Source: an uncultured virus (IMG/VR IMGVR_UViG_2636415832_000002) (Duplodnaviria; Heunggongvirae; Uroviricota; Caudoviricetes). Taken from it: a stretch of DNA of 64,000 nt. The stretch lies in IMG/VR virus record IMGVR_UViG_2636415832_000002; one strand, written 5' to 3'. The notes beneath the pieces were generated by a model that ran no database searches, was not told the DNA's origin, and saw only the letters and a list, made by a program, of their open reading frames with translations. A program made the position numbers and the translations under genes. Positions 57,011 to 64,000 of the stretch are shown piece by piece. Numbering within the stretch: the stretch's first letter is position 1; each line of letters starts with the position of its first letter.

Positions 57011-57470
57011 TAAAAAGGAATTTAAAATACCCTTTACAAGAATTTATTTAAATGTTATATTAGATACACAGAGGTAATCAACGAAGAAAATACATCACTA
57101 AAAAGGAGGTAGCGGGAAAATGAGTACTGTTCTTATAATTGGTGGGTTTAATCAAAAGGGATATGAAGAAATGGGTAAGAAAAAGGGAAATATGGATATC
57201 TTATTTCATAATGGTATAATAAAAAGACAAAGTACTTCAGTATTTGAAAAGTTGGTTAAGAAAGCTGATTGCGTAGTTTTGATTCAATCTGCTTGTTCAC
57301 ATAAAACCATGTGGGAAGTGAAAAAACTTTCTAAAAAGTACTCAGTTCCTGTTACTTATCCACGAAATCGTGGCCTTTCGGAAGTGATCAATTCTGCAGT
57401 TGAATTACTAAATAATAAAGTCTCTTTTTTTGCCTCATAATTAAAAAGGAATTTAAAATACTTTTACAGG
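57011..57470. repeat. Direct repeats flanking DUF2325 gene
   Basis: TAAAAAGGAATTTAAAATAC identical at 57011 and 57442, each followed by TTTACA. Confidence 0.75.
57120..57440 (+). CDS. DUF2325 family protein
   Basis: VLIIGG...ADCVVL...CSHKTMWEVKK..KKYSVP. Confidence 0.75.
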   Translation: MSTVLIIGGFNQKGYEEMGKKKGNMDILFHNGIIKRQSTSVFEKLVKKADCVVLIQSACSHKTMWEVKKLSKKYSVPVTYPRNRGLSEVINSAVELLNNKVSFFAS

Positions 57471-57489
57471 ATATTAAGGAGGAATAAAA

Positions 57490-59403
57490 ATGGTTGAAAA
57501 TACATTTCAATTTATAAATGAATTAGAGAATCAGTTTAGTAAAAAGCAAATCGATTTTACTTTAATCAGTGAAGTAGGAAAACTACATGCTCTTTATGCA
57601 GCGATGGGGATGGAAAAGTATAAAAATGGACTTTCAAAAGTGGCAACGAGAGAAGACATAAAAAATGCCGGTAGTGCTGTTAAAAAGACACTTCTTGAAC
57701 TTTATTTAGAATTGGAGAAGCTTGAACCATCGTTAGCGAAAGTATTTGTCAGCAACTCATTTTCAATGATAGATGAGAAGAATCTATACAAATTGGTTGT
57801 TTTGTTTGAAAGATATGGTCTATCAAAAGATGAATACCAGAGTAAAGAAATGAATGTTTCATTTTTCAACAGCTTACTGAAAGAATTCATAAATGAAGCA
57901 AAAGGGTTTGAATTTACACCCGATGGATTAATTCAATTAATGGTTGAATCAGTTAAACCTCTAAATGGTTCTGTCTATGACGGCACAGCTGGAATTGCCA
58001 ATTTACTTGTTCAGGCTTATTTGAATGCTGCAAATAAGAACGAAAAAGTAACTGTGTTTGGTCAGGAGTTTAATCAGGAGCTATTTGTACTTGGTAAACT
58101 GAATTTGTTTTTAAATCAAATTCTTCCAGAACGAGGTGATATTTGTGATGGCGATACGATCCGAGAACCAAAGTGGGTAGAAAACGGACGTGTTCAACAA
58201 TTTGACTATGTATTAATGAATTATCCTTTCGGGGTTAGAGACTGGGGTTATGAATTTGCCGTGAATGACCCTTTTGGACGATTTGAATTATATGATGTTC
58301 CATCTAAGGCTCATGGGGACTATGCATTTATTCTTCATGCACTTGCTTCATTAAAAAGTACAGGGAAAGCAGTTCTTGTTGTACCATTTGGAACACTTGT
58401 CAGGGGAGCAGCCGAGAGAAAAATTCGTTCGATTTTGTTAAAAGACGATGTAATCGAAAGTATTATCGCTTTACCTTCTAATTTATTTGTAGGAACTGGG
58501 ATTCAGGTTTCACTTTTCATTTTAAATAAAAATAAGCCGAATGAGAAAAAAGGAAAGGTGCAATTTATCAATGCTGAGGGTGATTATGAACGAACAAGAA
58601 CACAAAAATTCTTAAAGCGAGAACATATCGATAAGATCGTTGATGTATTAGATCGCTTTGAGAATATTGAGCGTTATTCAAGAATAGTTCCAATAGAAGA
58701 AATTGAAGAAAATCAATTTGATTTAAATCCTTCACTATATTTCGTCAATATTGAACTTGAGACCGAATTTGGAAAGGTATTATTTAATCGAAAAAAATAT
58801 GAAACAGAAACGGGAAATTTAGTTCCAATCAAAGAATTTGCAGAGGTAATACGAGGAGTTAATCTGCCAAGTCGTAGACAAATAGAGAGCGCTGAAGGTG
58901 AATTATATCCTGTTATCCAAATTCGAGATGTGGAGGATGGAGAAATTCAATTTGAGAAAATTGATAAATTTCCAATCCAGACTAGAGATATCGAGCGCAT
59001 AACTGCAAAACCGGGAGATATTCTCGTATCCAGTAGAGGTACTCAACAAAAAATTGCCATTGTTCCAGAACATACGGAAAAAGTTCTTGTATCGAGTATG
59101 TTTGTAATTATTCGATTGACATCTGATAAAGTAAATCCGTTATATGTAAAGCGTATATTAGAAAGCCCAGCTGGCCAGTACTTTTTTGAAGTAAATCAAA
59201 GTGGTTCGGTTGTGACAGTTTTAACACCTAATGACATTAAATCAATTGAGATTCCATTGTTATCAATTGAACAACAAACTGAATTTATAAGTGAACTAGA
59301 AAGAGCAGATGATATCATCCGCAAGGCACAGGAAGAAAGAAAGAACCTGTACTTTAATGCTTATCAAAACGTTGGTTTTGGAACGGCTATTCGCAAAAAT
59401 TAG
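57490..59403 (+). CDS. HsdM-like N6-adenine methyltransferase fused to an HsdS-like TRD
   Basis: EFTPDGL, YDGTAG, GQEFN, MNYPFG, E.KIR..L, LPSNLF.GT; C-terminal RGVNL, GDILVS.RGT, IEIPLLSIEQQ. Confidence 0.78.
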   Translation: MVENTFQFINELENQFSKKQIDFTLISEVGKLHALYAAMGMEKYKNGLSKVATREDIKNAGSAVKKTLLELYLELEKLEPSLAKVFVSNSFSMIDEKNLYKLVVLFERYGLSKDEYQSKEMNVSFFNSLLKEFINEAKGFEFTPDGLIQLMVESVKPLNGSVYDGTAGIANLLVQAYLNAANKNEKVTVFGQEFNQELFVLGKLNLFLNQILPERGDICDGDTIREPKWVENGRVQQFDYVLMNYPFGVRDWGYEFAVNDPFGRFELYDVPSKAHGDYAFILHALASLKSTGKAVLVVPFGTLVRGAAERKIRSILLKDDVIESIIALPSNLFVGTGIQVSLFILNKNKPNEKKGKVQFINAEGDYERTRTQKFLKREHIDKIVDVLDRFENIERYSRIVPIEEIEENQFDLNPSLYFVNIELETEFGKVLFNRKKYETETGNLVPIKEFAEVIRGVNLPSRRQIESAEGELYPVIQIRDVEDGEIQFEKIDKFPIQTRDIERITAKPGDILVSSRGTQQKIAIVPEHTEKVLVSSMFVIIRLTSDKVNPLYVKRILESPAGQYFFEVNQSGSVVTVLTPNDIKSIEIPLLSIEQQTEFISELERADDIIRKAQEERKNLYFNAYQNVGFGTAIRKN

Positions 59404-59409
59404 GGGAGG

Positions 59410-60057
59410 ATGACCTTTATGAATAAAAGAAATCTGTTGGAACTAAGAGATAGCATACGCAGAAGAGGCTTTTGGGTTGATTTAGTAGATGGTGAACTTA
59501 TTTTAGATTCATGGTATTCCAAATCTAACTTTAATGAATTAGTACGTTTATTAACTAGACTTCCATTATCTATCGAAATTGGTGAAAAAGGAATTCGAGT
59601 AACCTCGGATTCCTTACCTTCCGGCTTGTTAAATCAAATCGAAACAGCATCAAGAGAGGATGTGGAGTACTCTAAATCGGGAAACCTCATTCCTCCTTTA
59701 TGGAATGATAACGAAGGAAATGATTTGTCTATTTTAGAATTAGATTATGGCATTGCTATCATGGTGTTTTCCTTAAATAAAGTTGGATTTCAAACTTCTA
59801 TGAGTTGTGATGGACATGGAAGAAAAGAAGCGAATATGTGGTTTAATCATCAAGAGTATATGAAAGAAATGAGCAATCTTTTATTCTTAGCTTCAAAAGA
59901 AAACAGCTTTGCTTATGATTGGGAAATTAGAAAGGAAAACGTAGGTTTTGCTTTAACTACCAGAAAAAGATTAGCAAACGAAGCTTGGGATGTGGGGAAA
60001 ATTCAAGATGATGTATTATCTTTATCGAGCTTTATTTTAAAAGAGAAATCAGTTTGA
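59410..60057 (+). CDS. Hypothetical protein
   Basis: GGGGAGG RBS; LDYGIA.MV..LNKVGFQTSMSCDGHG motif. Confidence 0.65.
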   Translation: MTFMNKRNLLELRDSIRRRGFWVDLVDGELILDSWYSKSNFNELVRLLTRLPLSIEIGEKGIRVTSDSLPSGLLNQIETASREDVEYSKSGNLIPPLWNDNEGNDLSILELDYGIAIMVFSLNKVGFQTSMSCDGHGRKEANMWFNHQEYMKEMSNLLFLASKENSFAYDWEIRKENVGFALTTRKRLANEAWDVGKIQDDVLSLSSFILKEKSV

Positions 60058-60155
60058 ATGATAGGAAAATGGAAATAGGTCGTTAATATTATCCATTTAT
60101 TAAGGTTGTAAAAATCTGTATACTTGAAATGAGAGTATTATAGGAGGAATTTTGA

Positions 60156-61616
60156 ATGATAACAGGTGAAATTAAGAGTAAAGTAGATAAGATTTGGGAG
60201 ACGTTTTGGACAGGTGGAATTACGAATCCATTAACGGTTATTGAACAGTTTACTTATTTATTATTTATAAAAGGGTTAGATGAAGTCGAGACAACAAAGG
60301 AAAATGAAGCACTATTACTAGATATCGAGTTTGAAGGTGTTTTTCCAAAAGAGAAACAACATTTACGTTGGCATCGCTTTAAACAGTTAGGGTCACCTGA
60401 AGAAATGTATGAAGTTGTTTCAAAAGAAGTTTTCCCTTTTATTAAAGAATTGCATGGAACAGATGATTCAGCTTATTCAAAATACATGGGCGATGCCATG
60501 TTTATGATTCCAACGGCAAATATGTTAGCTAAAATTGTGGACGGGATTGACAATATCCCGATGAAAGACCGTGATACTCAAGGGGATTTATATGAGTACC
60601 TTCTATCAAAAATCGCAACAGCTGGAACAAATGGTCAGTTCCGTACGCCGAGACACATTATTAACATGATGGTTGAATTAATGAAACCAACTCCTGAAGA
60701 TATTATTATTGACCCAGCTATGGGATCGGCTGGATTCTTAGTTGCAGCCAGCGAATATTTAAGAGATCATCATAACGACTTATTTTTAGTTCAAGGTTTA
60801 AAAGAACATTATCATAAAACAATGTTTTACGGTAATGATATGGATCGCACAATGCTTCGTATCGGTGCTATGAATATGATGCTTCATGGTGTGGATAATC
60901 CGAATATTGATTATCGTGACTCACTTGCTGAGATAAACAAGGATAAAGAACAATATACACTTGTTTTGGCCAACCCACCTTTTAAGGGATCACTTGATTA
61001 TGAAGCCGTTTCAAACGATTTATTAAAAATCGCAAAAACGAAGAAAACTGAACTTTTATTTTTATCATTATTTATTCGAATCTTAAAACCGGGTGGTCGT
61101 GCTGCAGTAATCGTCCCTGATGGTGTATTATTCGGTAGCTCAAATGCACATAAACAAATACGTAAAGAAATTATTGATAATCACAAACTAGAAGCGATTA
61201 TCTCAATGCCGAGTGGTGTATTTAAACCATATGCAGGGGTATCGACTGCTGTCATGATTTTTACCAAAACGGGTGCGGGTGGAACTGATAATGTTTGGTT
61301 CTATGAAATGAAAACAGACGGATTTTCTTTAGATGATAAACGTAGTCCTATTAAAGAAAATGATATTTCGGATATTGTTGAGCGATTCAGTAATTTAGAA
61401 ACTGAAAAGGAACGTAAGCGGACAGAGCAATCATTTTTTGTACCAGTTGAAGAATTGCGAGAAAATGATTATGACTTGTCAATTAATAAATATAAAGAAA
61501 TTGAATATGAAGAAATTAAATACGATGATTCCAAAGAAATATTTAAAAAAATTAATAATGTTGAGATTGAGATTCAAAATGGATTACAAAAGCTTGGAAA
61601 ATTGTTGGGGGAGTAA
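60156..61616 (+). CDS. hsdM: Type I R-M methyltransferase subunit
   Basis: GDLYEYLL, GQFRTPRH, DPAMGSAGFL, ANPPF, VPDGVLF. Confidence 0.95.
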   Translation: MITGEIKSKVDKIWETFWTGGITNPLTVIEQFTYLLFIKGLDEVETTKENEALLLDIEFEGVFPKEKQHLRWHRFKQLGSPEEMYEVVSKEVFPFIKELHGTDDSAYSKYMGDAMFMIPTANMLAKIVDGIDNIPMKDRDTQGDLYEYLLSKIATAGTNGQFRTPRHIINMMVELMKPTPEDIIIDPAMGSAGFLVAASEYLRDHHNDLFLVQGLKEHYHKTMFYGNDMDRTMLRIGAMNMMLHGVDNPNIDYRDSLAEINKDKEQYTLVLANPPFKGSLDYEAVSNDLLKIAKTKKTELLFLSLFIRILKPGGRAAVIVPDGVLFGSSNAHKQIRKEIIDNHKLEAIISMPSGVFKPYAGVSTAVMIFTKTGAGGTDNVWFYEMKTDGFSLDDKRSPIKENDISDIVERFSNLETEKERKRTEQSFFVPVEELRENDYDLSINKYKEIEYEEIKYDDSKEIFKKINNVEIEIQNGLQKLGKLLGE

Positions 61617-61619
61617 GGC

Positions 61620-62843
61620 ATGGAGTTTGTTAGATTGGAAGATGTATGTGAATTTATAAATGGAGATAGAGGTAAAAATTATCCTAAATCAAATGAATTC
61701 ATAGATGCTGGCATACCGTTTATTAATGCAGGGCATATAAACAATTCAAGAGTTAACTTTTCAAAAATGAATTATATTTCAGAAGAAGTTTACGAAAAGT
61801 TAGGTTCAGGAAAAATTCAAAATAAAGATATTATATTTTGTTTAAGAGGTTCATTAGGAAAAAGTGCATTAATTGATTTTGATAAAGGGGCAATTGCTTC
61901 ATCATTAGTAATATTAAGAAATAAAAATGAAAAGAGACTAAATACATCATATCTAATGTATTTATTAAACTCTCAAGTAATATATTCCCAGATAAATAAG
62001 ACAAATACGGGTAGTTCACAACCTAACTTATCTGCAGCTAATGTGAAAAACTTTATTGTTCCATTACCAGATTTAAGAATTCAACACAAGGTTGTTCAAG
62101 TTCTTGATATAGTTCAAGAACTTATCAATAAACGTAAACAACAACTTGAAGCATTAGACCAAGTAATACAAAGTATGTTTTTGGAGATGTTTGGTGATCC
62201 AATTACAAATGTTAGGGGTTGGGAAATATCCCCGTGTAAAGATGTTGCTATTAAAATAGGTTCAGGCGCTACACCTAAAGGTGGTAACGCCAGTTATAAA
62301 GATAGTGGTATCAGTTTGATTCGTAGTATGAATGTTTATAATAATAAATTTAGTTATAAAGATTTAGCTTTTATCGATGAAGAGCAAGCAGAAAAGCTAA
62401 ACAATGTTGAGGTATTCAAAAATGATGTTTTACTTAATATTACCGGGGCATCTGTAGCTAGAAGTTGTATTGTTCCTACTGATATATTACCCGCAAGAGT
62501 CAATCAGCATGTTGCTATTATCAGACCTAAAGAGGAAATGGTTAATTATATCTTTTTAAGCTATTTGTTTACAAATGAAATTTATCAAAGATATTTATGG
62601 CAAATTGCTACAAACGGTGGGGCAACAAGAGAGGCTATAACAAAACAACAAATAGAAAAATTACCTGTAATTTTACCTCCACTTTACTTACAAAATGATT
62701 TCGCAAGTAAAGTAGAACAAATAGAAAAACAAAAGTCATTAATGCAGTCAAGTATTGAAGAACTTGAAAATATGTATAATGCCTTGTTACAAAAAGCTTT
62801 CAATGGAAATTTATTTAACGAGGAAAAGGTCTCTAATCTTTAA
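61620..62843 (+). CDS. hsdS: Type I R-M specificity subunit
   Basis: Two TRDs with conserved VPLPDLRIQ and ILPPLYLQ repeats, LLQKAF.G end. Confidence 0.93.
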   Translation: MEFVRLEDVCEFINGDRGKNYPKSNEFIDAGIPFINAGHINNSRVNFSKMNYISEEVYEKLGSGKIQNKDIIFCLRGSLGKSALIDFDKGAIASSLVILRNKNEKRLNTSYLMYLLNSQVIYSQINKTNTGSSQPNLSAANVKNFIVPLPDLRIQHKVVQVLDIVQELINKRKQQLEALDQVIQSMFLEMFGDPITNVRGWEISPCKDVAIKIGSGATPKGGNASYKDSGISLIRSMNVYNNKFSYKDLAFIDEEQAEKLNNVEVFKNDVLLNITGASVARSCIVPTDILPARVNQHVAIIRPKEEMVNYIFLSYLFTNEIYQRYLWQIATNGGATREAITKQQIEKLPVILPPLYLQNDFASKVEQIEKQKSLMQSSIEELENMYNALLQKAFNGNLFNEEKVSNL

Positions 62844-62861
62844 TCAAAGGGAGGGGTAAAC

Positions 62862-64000
62862 GTGTCAAACTTTAGCTTCTTAAAAGACAAAAAGCAGTAC
62901 AAAAGTTTTACTAATGCTTGTGTAGAAGCGGAAAAGGCTCTAATTGTAAGTCCAGCAGTAAGTGCTATTCAGTCTCGTCGAGCGCTGGAATTAGCAGTTA
63001 AATGGGTATACAGCTTTGATAGTGCAGCAATGATTCCCTACCAAGATAATTTATCTAGCTTAATACATGATTCGAACTTTCTAGCAATTATCGATGAAGA
63101 TTTATTGCCATTAATGAAATATATTGTGAAGTTGGGAAATGTAGCTGTTCATACAAATGCTCCGATTTCTCGTGATGAAGCGGTTTTATCGCTTCATCAC
63201 CTACATCAATTTATTTCGTGGATCGATTACTGCTACTCGGATGAATTTACTGCAGGAGAATTTGATGAATCTTTCCTTCAATTTGGTGAAGAAAAACGAG
63301 TACGTCCTGAAGAACTAAAAGATTTATATGAGCAATTAAGTTCAAAGGATAAAAAACTCGAAGAAGTGATGAAGGAAAATGAACATCTCCGTAAGAGTGT
63401 GACGGAAAAACGGGAACACAATACGAAAGATTACAACTTCCAAGTAGATGAGTTAAAAGAATTTGAAACTCGACTTAAATACATTGATCTCGACCTGAAA
63501 ATTGCCGGGTGGGAGTTTAATAAAGATATCATTCGTGAATATGAAGTTCAAGGAATGCCTAACAATGCAGGAACAGGTTATGTCGATTATGTCTTATTTG
63601 GTGACAACGGCAAGCCACTTGCTGTGGTTGAAGCAAAAAGAACTTCAAAGGATCCAAAAATTGGTCGTCAACAAGCCAAGTTATATGCGGATTGCATTGA
63701 AACGATGACGGGTACACGTCCAGTTATCTTTTATACAAATGGCTTTGAAACATATATTTGGCATGATCCATATCCACCAAGAAAAGTATCAGGTTTCTAT
63801 AATAAAGAAGAATTAAGCCTACTAATGGATCGCCGTGAAATGAAGCGACCTTTAAAAGATATTCAGATCAATGATTCGATAAGTAACCGTTATTATCAAA
63901 AAGAAGCTATTCTAGCAGTTTGCGATGCTTTAACACGTAATCAAAGAAAATCATTATTAGTAATGGCTACTGGCAGTGGTAAAACTAGGACCGCTATATC
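62862..64000 (+). CDS. hsdR: Type I R-M restriction subunit, 5' part (truncated by window end)
   Basis: GTG start with GGAGG; SNFSFL...RRALELAVKW, GYVDYVL, VVEAKR, FYTNG, RYYQKEAI, MATGSGKT. Confidence 0.92.
   Translation, partial: MSNFSFLKDKKQYKSFTNACVEAEKALIVSPAVSAIQSRRALELAVKWVYSFDSAAMIPYQDNLSSLIHDSNFLAIIDEDLLPLMKYIVKLGNVAVHTNAPISRDEAVLSLHHLHQFISWIDYCYSDEFTAGEFDESFLQFGEEKRVRPEELKDLYEQLSSKDKKLEEVMKENEHLRKSVTEKREHNTKDYNFQVDELKEFETRLKYIDLDLKIAGWEFNKDIIREYEVQGMPNNAGTGYVDYVLFGDNGKPLAVVEAKRTSKDPKIGRQQAKLYADCIETMTGTRPVIFYTNGFETYIWHDPYPPRKVSGFYNKEELSLLMDRREMKRPLKDIQINDSISNRYYQKEAILAVCDALTRNQRKSLLVMATGSGKTRTAI

Larger units (their letters stand above)
52646..64000. mobile_element. Second genomic island (serine recombinase, type I R-M cargo), extends beyond window
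   Basis: Recombinase gene points toward the rlmD-like end; AT-rich R-M cargo follows. Confidence 0.65.

Noticed and set aside
63502..63708. 68-aa ORF near window end
   Set aside because: Out-of-frame shadow within hsdR, which the ORF track omitted because it lacks a stop in the window
1..64000. CRISPR array, tRNA, rRNA, reverse transcriptase/DGR or retron
   Set aside because: No regularly spaced repeat-spacer array, no recognisable structural RNA gene and no RT motifs seen by eye; DUF2800 is Cas4-like but in a standard phage replication context

Overview
Bacillota (Firmicutes)-type DNA holding two adjacent mobile elements and no ordinary housekeeping region. (1) About 1-52645 is a largely intact siphovirus-like prophage whose left end lies outside the window. 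In order it carries: a leftward ABC-three-component (Lamassu-like) operon plus an Xre HTH gene; a sigma-70 region-4-like regulator; a replication module (DUF2800, DUF2815 SSB, DNA polymerase A, antirepressor, VirE primase-helicase, VRR-NUC, SNF2); two morons (TetR/GAP-family, and HTH/peptide deformylase hit by IS256); HNH-terS-metK and two DNA methyltransferases; HK97-type head and tail genes; holin/amidase; a SHOCT plus triple serine-recombinase module; and four uncharacterised cargo genes. It ends at a displaced rlmD/rumA-like 3' end (HVECCALLKLI*). (2) From about 52646 to the window end is a second island: a large serine recombinase split by an apparently identical IS256 copy (8-bp TSD), a resolvase-like ORF, an HsdM-TRD fusion and a type I R-M operon (hsdR runs off the end). 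The most notable unannotated signals are: mutually exclusive RBS-sequestering and anti-sequestering helices in the leader of the sigma-like gene; a bipartite motif AATCCTCAAC-N16-GGCTAWTAGRTAG before three operons; an RBS-bearing out-of-frame gene nested in the cytosine methyltransferase; and candidate new defence genes at the right end of the prophage. All family assignments come from motif recognition by eye, not database searches.
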